A program made the position numbers and the translations under genes. This document shows, piece by piece, positions 10,332-20,652 of a stretch of DNA of 64,000 nucleotides. Source of the stretch: Bacillota bacterium (GTDB lineage Bacteria > Bacillota > Clostridia > Lachnospirales > Lachnospiraceae); NCBI GenBank assembly GCA_023409535.1, contig JAEYGZ010000027.1:279178-343177 (forward strand). The letters are read 5' to 3'. The stretch's first letter is position 1, and each line of letters opens with the position of its first letter. The notes beneath the pieces are model-generated. The model had not been told where the DNA came from and did no database searches. It was given only the letters and a program-made list of their open reading frames with translations.

Positions 10332-12356
10332 GTGCAGATGGGATATATAACATGGCAATCCAGGATGATGACAGAGGAAGCCTCCAAAGGATTGATGACG
10401 GCAGCCGTAACGAAAGCTGTTCAAAACCTACAGCGGGATATCAGATTTGCTTTAAAGGAATCGGATGAAGAGGGAATCATATTTCAGCTTGCAAAGGGGG
10501 AGCTTGCGCCGGAGTGTTATAGCTTAACGCTTGCAGATCATAAGCTGATATTGGAAGCATCGGATGAGCTTGGCTGTATCTATGGCATCTACGGAATCAG
10601 CAAGGAGCTGTTGGGAATCAATGAGTTCTGGTTCTGGAACGATCAGAGCTTAACTCCCCGGGACAGAATATCCGTGCCGGAAGGATATCGTAAGATATCC
10701 CGGCCCTTTGCCGTACGATACAGGGGCTGGTTTGTCAATGATGAAGTATTAATTTCAGCCTGGAGTGTGGACAGGAGGAGGGAGAAGCCCTGGGAGATGG
10801 TATTCGAGGCATTGCTCCGGTGCGGCGGTAACATTGTAATACCGGGGACCGACAGGAATGGCGTTTGCTACCGGAAAACCGCATCGGCGATGGGTCTTTA
10901 TATCACCCATCACCATGCCGAGCCGCTGGGGGCGGAGATGTTCGCCAGAGCCTATCCGGATCTGAAGCCCTCTTATGCGGAATACCCGGAGCTGTTTCAT
11001 AAGCTTTGGGAGGAGGGCATTGAGAAGCAGAAGGAGATGCATGTGATATGGAACCTGGGCTTTCGGGGGCAAGGAGACTGCCCCTTCTGGAATAATGATC
11101 CGCAATATCATACGGAGGAAGCACGCGGCAGGCTGATCAGTGAACTGATCCGAAAGCAGCATGCAATGGTAAAGCAGGCTGATCCGGAGGCCGTATGCTG
11201 TTCCAATCTATACGGCGAAACCATGGAGCTTTACCAGAAGGGATATCTTGATATCCCTGAGGATGTTATTATGATATGGGCGGATAACGGGTATGGCAGA
11301 ATGGTATCCAGGAGACAGGGAAATCACAATCCCCGGATACCGGCATTGCCCGAGGGGCAGAAAAACCGCCATGGAATATACTATCATGTGTCCTTTTATG
11401 ACCTGCAGGCGGCCAATCATATTACGATGCTGCCAAATCCCGGCAGCCTGATCCGGAATGAGTTGACTAAGGTGTTTGAAAGGAAAGCCGGTGATTTTTG
11501 GATCATCAATTGTTCCAATGTAAAACCTCATGTCTACTATCTGGATGCCATCGCACAGATGTGGAGGGAGGGGGCTCTGGATCTGCAAAAGCATAGATCA
11601 GAGTATATCGGCCGTTATTACCATCAGGATCATATTGGTCCGCTTTCGGCATTATTTAAAGAATATGAAGATTGTGCTCTTCAATACGGCCCTCATGAGG
11701 ATGACCACGCCGGAGAACAGTTTCCCAATCATTGTACCAGAATTCTGGCACAGCAGTGGATCGCAGATCATACAAAGCCGGCGGAAGCATTCCTTTGGGC
11801 GAAGCATGGAGAGGATTTAACAGAGCAGATTACCTGGTATACCTCAATCTGCGGGCAGGCTGCCGAAAAATACGAAGTATTCCTGAAGAATTGCAAGGCA
11901 ATTGCTCCCACTTTAAAGGAACACGAGCAGCAGCTCTTTGAGGATTCCCTTCTGCTGCAGGCCAGGATTTATGCTGACTGTTATGGGGGAGCGGTGCATT
12001 TTGGAAATAGCTTCGCATATTTTAGCGTGGGTAACAGGAAGCGCGCCTTCTATGAAGCAGGGAAAGCAGCGGATGCCTATGCGGCGGCAGACCGGGCTTT
12101 GCGTGCCAGAGAGCATGGAAAATGGAATGGCTTCTATGCCAATGAATGCCTTACGGACATTAAGCAGACAGCATGGGTATTGCATGGGCTGATGTCCTGG
12201 ATCCGTACCCTGGACGATGGCCCTCATTATTACCAATGGCAGCGGGAATTTCTGTATTCGGAAGAGGACCGCAGGGTCATGCTGATTCTGAATATGGAAA
12301 ATCACCTGACGGATCAGGAGATATTTGTACTGATGAAAGAAAAATGGGAGGAATAG
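10332..12356 (+). CDS. Glycoside hydrolase family 115 (alpha-glucuronidase-like)
   Basis: VRYRGWFVNDE, HHHAEPL, GFRGQGD, IWADNGYG, GIYYHVSF, WIINCSNVKP. Confidence 0.85.
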   Translation: MQMGYITWQSRMMTEEASKGLMTAAVTKAVQNLQRDIRFALKESDEEGIIFQLAKGELAPECYSLTLADHKLILEASDELGCIYGIYGISKELLGINEFWFWNDQSLTPRDRISVPEGYRKISRPFAVRYRGWFVNDEVLISAWSVDRRREKPWEMVFEALLRCGGNIVIPGTDRNGVCYRKTASAMGLYITHHHAEPLGAEMFARAYPDLKPSYAEYPELFHKLWEEGIEKQKEMHVIWNLGFRGQGDCPFWNNDPQYHTEEARGRLISELIRKQHAMVKQADPEAVCCSNLYGETMELYQKGYLDIPEDVIMIWADNGYGRMVSRRQGNHNPRIPALPEGQKNRHGIYYHVSFYDLQAANHITMLPNPGSLIRNELTKVFERKAGDFWIINCSNVKPHVYYLDAIAQMWREGALDLQKHRSEYIGRYYHQDHIGPLSALFKEYEDCALQYGPHEDDHAGEQFPNHCTRILAQQWIADHTKPAEAFLWAKHGEDLTEQITWYTSICGQAAEKYEVFLKNCKAIAPTLKEHEQQLFEDSLLLQARIYADCYGGAVHFGNSFAYFSVGNRKRAFYEAGKAADAYAAADRALRAREHGKWNGFYANECLTDIKQTAWVLHGLMSWIRTLDDGPHYYQWQREFLYSEEDRRVMLILNMENHLTDQEIFVLMKEKWEE

Positions 12357-12418
12357 CACGCTGGCTGCTAAGAAGGCTTTGGCAGCAGAATAATTTTGCA
12401 GACAATATAGAATAGGAA

Positions 12419-12461
12419 ACAGAAAGAATTGCTGCTCATATCGGGCAGCAATTCTTTCTGT
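12419..12461. terminator. Bidirectional terminator-like hairpin
   Basis: ACAGAAAGAATTGCTGCTC...GGGCAGCAATTCTTTCTGT between convergent GH115 and degV genes. Confidence 0.8.
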
Positions 12462-12527
12462 CGGGGTAACCCATATAATATCTTTAATCGCATGCAGCTA
12501 TGCATATCCTGTTTATGCATCTTATCA

Positions 12528-13397
12528 TTATCGTTCCTTACCCATAAAGAATAATGCGACTGTTCCGGGACCGGAATGGGAGCCAATGGTGGGGCAGATA
12601 TAATTAATAAGAAACTCTTTAATTCCGAAGCGTTCCCTGATCAGATCAGCAACAAACTCCGCATCTTCTTTACAGTCACCGTGACTGATGAAGATAATAT
12701 CATTCTGCAGGGGATAATCCTTCAGCCTGGCCTCCATCTGGTCCGCCAGGGAGGTCAGTGCCTTCTTGCGTCCTCTCACATTATTCAGAGGAATCAGGCG
12801 TCCTTCATTATCCACGTGCAATACCGGCTTTACATTGATTAAGGTTCCGATGATGGCGGTTGCCTTGGATACCCTTCCTCCGCGGTGCAGATGAAAGAGG
12901 TCGTCAACCGTAAACAGGTGGCAGAAGTTTAACTTATTCTTCTCCAGCCACTGCGCGGTTTCCTCAATACTTTTTCCGTTTTCCTTCAGCTCAACTGCTT
13001 TGTGAACAAACAGGCCTTCTCCCAGAGAAGCACACAGGGAATCGATGACGAAAATATTAGCATCCGGGCGTTCTTCCCGAAGCTCCCTTGCTACGGTCTC
13101 CGCTACGGAGCAGCTTCCGCTGAGTGCAGAGGAGAAAGCGAGATGGAGAATATCATAGCCCTGGTCCAGCAGGCTTGTAAAAAGGGCCCTGGCGTTCTCC
13201 GGGTTTGCAGCCATCGTGTTAGGCATGGCACCCTTTCGCATCTTATCGTAAAACTCCTTCGGCTCAAGGAAAACCTTATCTCCGTAAACTGTGTTATCAA
13301 AGCTATAATATAAGGGCAGCAGAGAAATATTATGCTGCCGTATATAATCTTCCGGTAAATCACAGGTAGTATCTGTAGTAATAACAAAACTCTTCAT
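12528..13397 (-). CDS. DegV family fatty-acid-binding protein
   Basis: ITTDTTCDLP, FSSALSGS, IDSLCASLGEG, LHRGGRVSK, IGSHSGPGT. Confidence 0.93.
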   Translation of the reverse strand: MKSFVITTDTTCDLPEDYIRQHNISLLPLYYSFDNTVYGDKVFLEPKEFYDKMRKGAMPNTMAANPENARALFTSLLDQGYDILHLAFSSALSGSCSVAETVARELREERPDANIFVIDSLCASLGEGLFVHKAVELKENGKSIEETAQWLEKNKLNFCHLFTVDDLFHLHRGGRVSKATAIIGTLINVKPVLHVDNEGRLIPLNNVRGRKKALTSLADQMEARLKDYPLQNDIIFISHGDCKEDAEFVADLIRERFGIKEFLINYICPTIGSHSGPGTVALFFMGKER

Positions 13398-13832
13398 TGG
13401 ATTTTACCATTCCTTTCCTATGCATTTAAATTAACAATATCAAGTGGTATTGATAACGATATGATATATTATAACATGCCATTCGTAATTGTTTCAATAT
13501 ACATTTCCATAATTATGTTTTTTATGTTTCGGATAAAATTTTGCCGGTCGGATTTTGATCTGTTTTGCCATAGATTTTATCAGCTGGTTGATAAAATTTC
13601 AATCATGCGTTTCATAAGTTCAAATGAAAAAACTCTTTTCATATATCTATACATGTGATATAATGTCCACGTTAAGCAGATTAATCCGTATGAGTAAGCG
13701 TATTCCCTTGATGTGGTAAGCGTATTTACACATACTGATAGGTGCAGCGGGGATAACGCTGCCATTGGTAAAAATCCCGGTCTGTGAATATAATATAGCA
13801 TCAATTAATGAATGCTAAGGAGGCACATACAT

Positions 13833-13973
13833 ATGAAGCATATTAAGACTTTAAACACAAGAAACCTGAAAGAAAGCATGAAAAAGGGTGGATGTGGAGA
13901 GTGTCAGACATCATGCCAGTCAGCATGCAAGACATCCTGTACTGTTGGCAATCAGAGCTGTGAGAACAAATAG
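13833..13973 (+). CDS. scfA: SCIFF six-cysteine ranthipeptide precursor (46 aa; absent from ORF track)
   Basis: AAGGAGG RBS; MKHIKTLNTRNLKESMKKGGCGECQTSCQSACKTSCTVGNQSCENK*. Confidence 0.97.
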   Translation: MKHIKTLNTRNLKESMKKGGCGECQTSCQSACKTSCTVGNQSCENK

Positions 13974-14004
13974 ATAAAAATACGCAATCTGGATTTGCAA
14001 TTAT

Positions 14005-14069
14005 ATGGGGCTGCCTCATTATATTCTTCGGTTATGAGAAATTCGGAAGATATTTTGAGACAGTCCCAT
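14005..14069 (+). repeat. Stem-loop between scfA and scfB
   Basis: ATGGGGCTGCCTCA...TGAGACAGTCCCAT imperfect inverted repeat with inner stem; no U tract. Confidence 0.6.
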
Positions 14070-14102
14070 TCGTTGTGGAAGCTTAAGTAAGGAGGATAGA
14101 AC

Positions 14103-15548
14103 ATGGTTCACCAATTTAAAAATAATGGATATAATATCGTGTTGGATGTTAACAGCGGTATGATACATGTTGTGGATGATCTGGCCTATGATATTATTGA
14201 GCTTTATGAAACCCATGACCGCGGCAGTATCATCAGTGCCATGGTTGAAAAATACACGAAGCCTGAATTTATGTGCCTGATTACAGGACAGGAAGACGGT
14301 GCAAAGCAGGGCGGTAAAAAGGACTTTTGTGAAGATGTGGAGGCGCTCATCAGACAAATCAAAGAGGTTTTGGATGATGTTGAGCAGCTGATAAAGGACG
14401 GCGCTTTGTTTACCAAAGACATTTATGAGGAATATATTAAGGACTTTAAACAAAGATCAACCGTAGTCAAAGCGCTCTGCTTACATATCGCCCATGATTG
14501 CAACCTTGCCTGCAAATATTGCTTTGCGGAGGAAGGCGAATATAAAGGACACAGGGAATTAATGAGCTATGAGGTAGGAAAGAAGGCGCTTGATTTCCTG
14601 ATTAAGAGTTCCGGCAACCGCAGGAATCTCGAAGTGGATTTCTTTGGAGGCGAGCCTCTGATGAACTGGCAGGTGGTGAAGGACTTGGTGAAGTACGGAA
14701 GAGAGCAGGAGGTACTTCATAATAAGAAGTTCCGCTTCACTCTGACCACCAATGGCGTATTGCTGAATGATGAGGTGATGGAATTCGCCAATCGTGAGAT
14801 GAGCAATGTGGTGCTCAGTATCGACGGACGTAAGGAGGTCAATGACCGGATGCGCCCCAGCCGTAACGGTAAGGGAAGCTATGAGCTGATTCTGCCTAAG
14901 TTTCAGAGGCTGGCCGAGAGCCGGGAACAGACCAATTATTATGTGAGAGGTACCTTTACCCGCAATAATCTTGACTTCAGTGAGGATGTAAAGCATCTTG
15001 CGGAGCTTGGTTTTAAGCAGATTTCTGTGGAACCGGTCGTGGCATTGCCGGAGGATTCCTATGCCATTACCGAGGAAGACCTGCCTGTGCTGTTCGAAGA
15101 ATATGACCGTCTGGCGAAACTGATGCTTGATTACAAAAAGGAAGGGAAAGACTTTAATTTCTTCCACTTCATGCTTGATTTAAGCGGCGGTCCCTGTGTG
15201 GCGAAGCGTTTGTCGGGCTGCGGCTCAGGTACGGAATATCTGGCTGTGACACCCTGGGGAGATCTGTACCCCTGCCACCAGTTCGTTGGTATTCCGGAGT
15301 TTCTGATGGGAAATGTGGAGGAAGGCGTTAAGACTGCTGAGCTTCGTGATGAATTTAAGCATTGTAATGTTTATTCCAAGGAAAAATGCAGGGACTGCTT
15401 TGCCAAGTTCTATTGCAGCGGCGGATGTGCGGCAAATTCCTTTAAATTCCATAATAATATTAATGATGCCTATGAGATCGGCTGTGAATTGGAGAAGAAA
15501 CGCATCGAATGTGCCATCATGCTTAAGGCAGCTGCACAGGAGGAGTAA
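14103..15548 (+). CDS. scfB: SCIFF radical SAM/SPASM maturase
   Basis: KALCLHIAHDCNLACKYCFA (CxxxCxxC), DFFGGEP, SPASM GCGSG...GDLYPCHQF and C..C....C.GGC; adjacent to scfA. Confidence 0.96.
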   Translation: MVHQFKNNGYNIVLDVNSGMIHVVDDLAYDIIELYETHDRGSIISAMVEKYTKPEFMCLITGQEDGAKQGGKKDFCEDVEALIRQIKEVLDDVEQLIKDGALFTKDIYEEYIKDFKQRSTVVKALCLHIAHDCNLACKYCFAEEGEYKGHRELMSYEVGKKALDFLIKSSGNRRNLEVDFFGGEPLMNWQVVKDLVKYGREQEVLHNKKFRFTLTTNGVLLNDEVMEFANREMSNVVLSIDGRKEVNDRMRPSRNGKGSYELILPKFQRLAESREQTNYYVRGTFTRNNLDFSEDVKHLAELGFKQISVEPVVALPEDSYAITEEDLPVLFEEYDRLAKLMLDYKKEGKDFNFFHFMLDLSGGPCVAKRLSGCGSGTEYLAVTPWGDLYPCHQFVGIPEFLMGNVEEGVKTAELRDEFKHCNVYSKEKCRDCFAKFYCSGGCAANSFKFHNNINDAYEIGCELEKKRIECAIMLKAAAQEE

Positions 15549-15603
15549 AACGGTTATCCTCGGAGGATGAGTGCAGATAATAAGGAAGGGCATGGTTGGT
15601 TAT

Positions 15604-17532
15604 ATGGAAAAATGGATGATTAAGAATAAGAAGGCTGATTATAACCTCATCATGCAGGAATGCGGTATCAGTGAGGTGCTGGCGCGCTGTCTGGTGAACA
15701 AGGGGTTCGAGCAGCCGGAGGATATTTATGCATTTCTGCATCCTGATACCGAAGGCTTGCATGATCCGTTCCTGTTAAAGGATATGGAGCGTGCCTGTGA
15801 GCTGCTTTGTGAAAAGCTTCATTTAAAAAAGAGAATCCGTATCATTGGTGACTATGATGTGGACGGTATAGTGGCTACCTATATTCTCTATCGTACCCTG
15901 ACAAAGCTGGGAGCCGAGGTTGACTATGAGATACCCGACCGGATCAAGGACGGCTACGGAATAAACATTCAGATGGTGGAGGCTGCATATCGGGAAGGGA
16001 TTGACACCATTCTGACCTGTGATAACGGAATCGTTGCCCTGGAGCAGGTCGAGCTTGCAAAAAGCTATGGCATGACAGTGATTATTACGGATCATCATAA
16101 TTTACTGGAAGACAGCAGCCAGGACCAATCGCTGGCGGAGAATCTGTATGAGCAGGAGCTTCAGAAAGAAGAGCTTCCGGCAGCAGCATTACAAGCGGCG
16201 GAGCAGCAGTCGATGGAAGTCGCGGCAGCACAGGACGCCGTTCTTCCGGCGGCGGATGCAGTAGTTAACCCAAAGCGTCCGGATTGCCATTACCCTTACA
16301 GCGGGCTGTGCGGTGCTGCAATCGCCTATAAGCTCAGCTGTGCCCTGTTATTTTTAGATGTGGCAGAAGGGGATGCTTCACGAAAGGAGGACGACCCGGA
16401 TGCAAAATTACGGAAGGCGGAACTTCCGGAGGTTACGCTCTTTAAAGAGGAACTCTTATCGTATGCGGCAATTGCCACAGTATGTGATGTCATGGAGTTG
16501 ACGGGAGAAAACCGGATTATTGTAAAGCACGGTCTGGAGCTGCTGAAGAGAACGGCGAATAAAGGCTTACTGGCATTGATGGAAGCCAGCAGCATTGATA
16601 AGGAGCAGCTGTCCTCCTTCCATCTTGGCTTTGTTATCGGTCCCTGCCTGAATGCTTCCGGCAGGCTGGATACCGCTAAAAAGGGACTGGAGCTCCTGCT
16701 TGCCGAGACGGAGGAGCAGGCAGCTGCTCTGGCAGCGGAGGTGCGCGCACTCAATGAACTTCGCAAGGATATGACTGCCAGGAATGTGGAGAAGGCAATC
16801 AGACTCATTGAGGAAAGCGAATTAAAGCAGGATAAGGTGCTTGTGGTATATCTGACCGATTGCCATGAGAGTATCGCGGGAATTATTGCAGGCAGGATCA
16901 GGGAGCGTTATCATCGCCCGACGCTGGTGCTGACCGACACGGAGACTTCGGTCAAAGGTTCGGGCAGATCCATTGAACAGTACAATATGATAGAAGAATT
17001 AAATAAATGCCGTGAGCTCTTTCTCAAGGTGGGCGGACATCCCATGGCGGCAGGGTTTTCTCTGCTTCCCGAGAAGGTGGAGGAGCTTCGAAGCTTTCTG
17101 AATAAGACGACCATATTAACAGAAGAGATGTTGCTTCCTAAGGTATCCATTGACATTCATCTTCCCCTGGGTTATGTTACTCAGGAGCTGGTAGAGGAGT
17201 TAAGGCAGCTGGAACCCTTCGGCAAGGGCAATGAAAAGCCTTTGTTTGCGGAGAAAGACTTAAAGATCAAATCTGCTTTTATCCTCGGGAAAAATGCCAG
17301 CGGTATCAAGCTGAATGTGGAGAACAAATACGGACGGTCAATGGAAGCGATTTACTTTGGGAATGTTGAAGAGTTCTTTGCCTACATTGGCAATACTTAT
17401 GGTGGGTCGGAAGCGGAAAAGCTAAAGACCGGCAGAAGCCTGAATACTCTTCTGTCTCTTACGTACTTCCCAAGAATCAATGAATATAACGGTTTCAAAA
17501 ATGTACAGTTAATGATACAAAATTACCGGTAA
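15604..17532 (+). CDS. recJ: Single-stranded-DNA-specific exonuclease RecJ
   Basis: GDYDVDG, TCDNG, TDHH, LNASGRL, GSGRS, GGHPMAAG, LEPFGKGNEKP; start could be 15592 or 15604. Confidence 0.95.
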   Translation: MEKWMIKNKKADYNLIMQECGISEVLARCLVNKGFEQPEDIYAFLHPDTEGLHDPFLLKDMERACELLCEKLHLKKRIRIIGDYDVDGIVATYILYRTLTKLGAEVDYEIPDRIKDGYGINIQMVEAAYREGIDTILTCDNGIVALEQVELAKSYGMTVIITDHHNLLEDSSQDQSLAENLYEQELQKEELPAAALQAAEQQSMEVAAAQDAVLPAADAVVNPKRPDCHYPYSGLCGAAIAYKLSCALLFLDVAEGDASRKEDDPDAKLRKAELPEVTLFKEELLSYAAIATVCDVMELTGENRIIVKHGLELLKRTANKGLLALMEASSIDKEQLSSFHLGFVIGPCLNASGRLDTAKKGLELLLAETEEQAAALAAEVRALNELRKDMTARNVEKAIRLIEESELKQDKVLVVYLTDCHESIAGIIAGRIRERYHRPTLVLTDTETSVKGSGRSIEQYNMIEELNKCRELFLKVGGHPMAAGFSLLPEKVEELRSFLNKTTILTEEMLLPKVSIDIHLPLGYVTQELVEELRQLEPFGKGNEKPLFAEKDLKIKSAFILGKNASGIKLNVENKYGRSMEAIYFGNVEEFFAYIGNTYGGSEAEKLKTGRSLNTLLSLTYFPRINEYNGFKNVQLMIQNYR

Positions 17533-17720
17533 AAAGTAAATTAATTTTGCTTTTATGTCAGTTTTAGGACGAATTTGAACTGCTCCGGAGAAATATTCTT
17601 TACGAAGTATAAAATATAGTGATATAATAAGCATCTAAACTTCATGTCCCTGACATCGCGGCATTTTAATCCGATGCATGAGGTGAATAGATGCTATTCA
17701 AGGAAAGGCATGGTCATAAA

Positions 17721-18245
17721 ATGAAAAAGATAGAAGAGTATGTAAGAAGTATACCGGATTTCCCGGAGCCTGGAATTATATTTCGCGATGTTACCAGCGT
17801 ATTGCAGGATAAGGACGGACTGAAGTTAGCAATAGACCAGATGCAGGAGCTGCTGACAGGTCTTGAGTTTGATATTATTGCCGGACCCGAATCCAGAGGC
17901 TTTATCTTCGGTGTGCCGATTGCTTATAATCTGAATAAACCATTTATTCCGATACGTAAAAAAGGTAAATTACCCTGTGAGACCGTATCCATGGATTACG
18001 ACCTGGAGTACGGTAAAGCTACCATAGAGATTCATAGGGATGCAATTAAACCGGGGCAGAAGGTGGTTATCGTGGATGACCTGATTGCAACCGGCGGTAC
18101 CATTGAAGCCATCACCAAGCTGATTGAGATGCTTGGCGGTGAAGTGGTTAAGATTATTTTCCTGATGGAATTAAAAGGCTTAAAGGGCCGTGATAAGCTT
18201 ACCGGCTATAATGTGGAGACAGTAATCCAATATGAAGGCAAATAG
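17721..18245 (+). CDS. apt: Adenine phosphoribosyltransferase
   Basis: IPDFPEPGIIFRD, PESRGF, RKKGKLP, LEYG, IVDDLIATGGT. Confidence 0.97.
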   Translation: MKKIEEYVRSIPDFPEPGIIFRDVTSVLQDKDGLKLAIDQMQELLTGLEFDIIAGPESRGFIFGVPIAYNLNKPFIPIRKKGKLPCETVSMDYDLEYGKATIEIHRDAIKPGQKVVIVDDLIATGGTIEAITKLIEMLGGEVVKIIFLMELKGLKGRDKLTGYNVETVIQYEGK

Positions 18246-18298
18246 ATAATTAACAGTTAGAACCGGCTTGTTACTATAGTTTACGATAACTTAGATGG

Positions 18299-20587
18299 GT
18301 GGTGATGATCATGGAAGAATTAAATACAATCGATTCGGTGACGATAACGGCACCCGCTGATTTTACAGCGCCGGAGACTCTTTACAATGAATTGATTAAT
18401 AAGATTCGAAGCTACCACCCGTCTGCAGATATTTCTATGGTCGAGAAGGCATACCATCTGGCGGATGATGCACATAAGAATCAGCTGCGTAAATCCGGAG
18501 AGCCCTATATTATTCATCCGCTGTGTGTGGCAAATATTCTGGCGGAGCTGGAGCTGGATAAGGAGACCATCGTTGCGGGTATTCTCCATGATGTGGTGGA
18601 GGATACGGAATATTCCATCGCGCAGATTACCGCATTATTCTCCGAAGAGATCGCCTTATTGGTGGACGGCGTTACAAAGCTGACCAAATTAAATTATTCC
18701 GTGGACAAGGTCGAGCTTCAGGCAGAGAATCTTCGTAAGATGTTTCTTGCCATGGCAAAGGATATCCGGGTAATCTTAATTAAGCTGGCAGACCGCCTGC
18801 ACAATATGCGGACGCTAAAATATAAAGAACCTGAGAAGCAGAAGGAGACTGCCAGGGAGACCATGGATATCTATGCTCCCATTGCACAGAGGTTAGGTAT
18901 CTCCAAGATCAAGATAGAGCTGGATGATCTGTCCTTAAAGTATCTCGAGCCTGAGGTCTATAAAGAGCTTACGGAGAAGATCGCAACCAAGAAAAGTGAG
19001 CGGCAGGCGTATATTGACGATATCGTCAGTGATGTCAGAATGCATATCGAGGAAGCCGGCATCCCGGCGAAGATCGATGGCCGTATTAAACATTTCTTCA
19101 GTATCTATAAGAAAATGGTAAATCAGAATAAGACACTGGAGCAGATTTATGATTTATTCGCGGTTCGTATCATCGTCGATTCCCTGAAGGACTGTTACGC
19201 GGCGCTGGGTGTCATTCATGAGATGTATAAGCCGATTCCGGGCCGTTTTAAAGATTATATCGCAATGCCCAAGCCAAATATGTATCAGTCCCTTCATACA
19301 ACCTTGATTGGTCCTAAGGGATCCCCCTTTGAGATACAGATTCGTACCTATGACATGCACCGTACCGCTGAATACGGTATTGCTGCCCACTGGAAATATA
19401 AAGAAGGGCAGGACGGCATGGGCGGTACCGCCAACTCCGAGGAGGAGAAGCTTACCTGGCTTCGCCAGGTGCTGGAATGGCAAAGGGACATGTCCGATAA
19501 TAAGGAGTTCTTAAGCCTTATTAAGAATGACTTTGACCTGTTCTCCGAAAGTGTATATGCCTTTACTCCCACCGGAGATGTGAAGACACTTCCTACCGGG
19601 TCCAATACCATTGATTTTGCCTACAGCATCCATAGCGCCGTAGGTAACAAGATGGTGGGCGCCCGGGTAAACGGCAAGCTGGAGCCCATTGATTATGTCA
19701 TCCAGAACGGTGACAGAATAGAGATTATCACCTCACAGAACTCCAGAGGTCCCAGCAGGGACTGGCTCGCCATCGTTAAGAGCACCCAGGCTAAGAATAA
19801 GATTAACCAGTGGTTTAAAACGGAGCTGAAAGAGGATAATATCGGCAGAGGCAAGGACCTGATCGTTGCTTACTGTAAAGCCAAGAACATTACCTTAAGC
19901 GATATCATGAAGACCGAATTTACCGGCGTGGTGATGCGCAAGTACGGCTTCCGGGATTGGGATTCCGTATTGGCGGCGGTAGGACACGGAGGCTTGAAGG
20001 AAGGCCAGATCGTTAATAAGCTGCTGGAGGAATATAAGAAAAAGAACAAGAAAGAGATCACCGATGAGAACGTTCTGGAAGCGGTCACGGAGATCAAGGA
20101 AAGAATCCCCCAGAAGAAATCAAAGAGCGGTATTGTGGTGGAAGGGATCCATGATCTTGCCGTACGGTTCTCCAGGTGCTGCGGTCCGGTTCCGGGGGAC
20201 GAAATCGTTGGCTTTGTTACCCGCGGCAGAGGGGTGTCCATCCACCGCACGGACTGTATCAATGTAATTAATCTTCCGGAGGAGGACCGCGCCAGGTTAA
20301 TCGATGCGGAATGGAGTGTCTCGGCGGACGGCAAGGATGCCGGCGGAGTATACAGCGCCGAGGTCAAGATCTATGCCAACAACCGTACCGGTGTGCTGGT
20401 GGATATCTCAAAGGTGCTGACAGAGAATAAGATTGATGTAACCTCCATGAATGTCAGAACCAGCAAACAAGGAAAGGCCTCCATCAGTATCGGCTTTGAG
20501 ATCAACGGCAAAGAGCAGCTGAATGAGATAATTGCAAAGATCAGAAATGTTGAAAGTGTGCTGGACATCGAACGTACTGCGGGCTAG
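18299..20587 (+). CDS. relA: Bifunctional (p)ppGpp synthetase/hydrolase Rel
   Basis: RKSGEPYIIHP, HD motif, KLADRLHNMRTL, YQSLHT, EIQIRT, AAHWKYK, TGS and ACT domains; start may be 18311. Confidence 0.96.
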   Translation: MVMIMEELNTIDSVTITAPADFTAPETLYNELINKIRSYHPSADISMVEKAYHLADDAHKNQLRKSGEPYIIHPLCVANILAELELDKETIVAGILHDVVEDTEYSIAQITALFSEEIALLVDGVTKLTKLNYSVDKVELQAENLRKMFLAMAKDIRVILIKLADRLHNMRTLKYKEPEKQKETARETMDIYAPIAQRLGISKIKIELDDLSLKYLEPEVYKELTEKIATKKSERQAYIDDIVSDVRMHIEEAGIPAKIDGRIKHFFSIYKKMVNQNKTLEQIYDLFAVRIIVDSLKDCYAALGVIHEMYKPIPGRFKDYIAMPKPNMYQSLHTTLIGPKGSPFEIQIRTYDMHRTAEYGIAAHWKYKEGQDGMGGTANSEEEKLTWLRQVLEWQRDMSDNKEFLSLIKNDFDLFSESVYAFTPTGDVKTLPTGSNTIDFAYSIHSAVGNKMVGARVNGKLEPIDYVIQNGDRIEIITSQNSRGPSRDWLAIVKSTQAKNKINQWFKTELKEDNIGRGKDLIVAYCKAKNITLSDIMKTEFTGVVMRKYGFRDWDSVLAAVGHGGLKEGQIVNKLLEEYKKKNKKEITDENVLEAVTEIKERIPQKKSKSGIVVEGIHDLAVRFSRCCGPVPGDEIVGFVTRGRGVSIHRTDCINVINLPEEDRARLIDAEWSVSADGKDAGGVYSAEVKIYANNRTGVLVDISKVLTENKIDVTSMNVRTSKQGKASISIGFEINGKEQLNEIIAKIRNVESVLDIERTAG

Positions 20588-20652
20588 CGTGCTGCCGTCC
20601 AAATTCGCGGATGTTGGCAGCATGCAACAAATATTGAAAACCGGAGGTCCAT

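Noticed and set aside
13833..15548. SCIFF locus as a novel RiPP system
   Set aside because: It is a widely distributed, already described clostridial ranthipeptide system.
17636..17720. Purine riboswitch upstream of apt
   Set aside because: A weak hairpin is present but the conserved purine-riboswitch core (GUUUCUACC, CCGUAAA) is absent.
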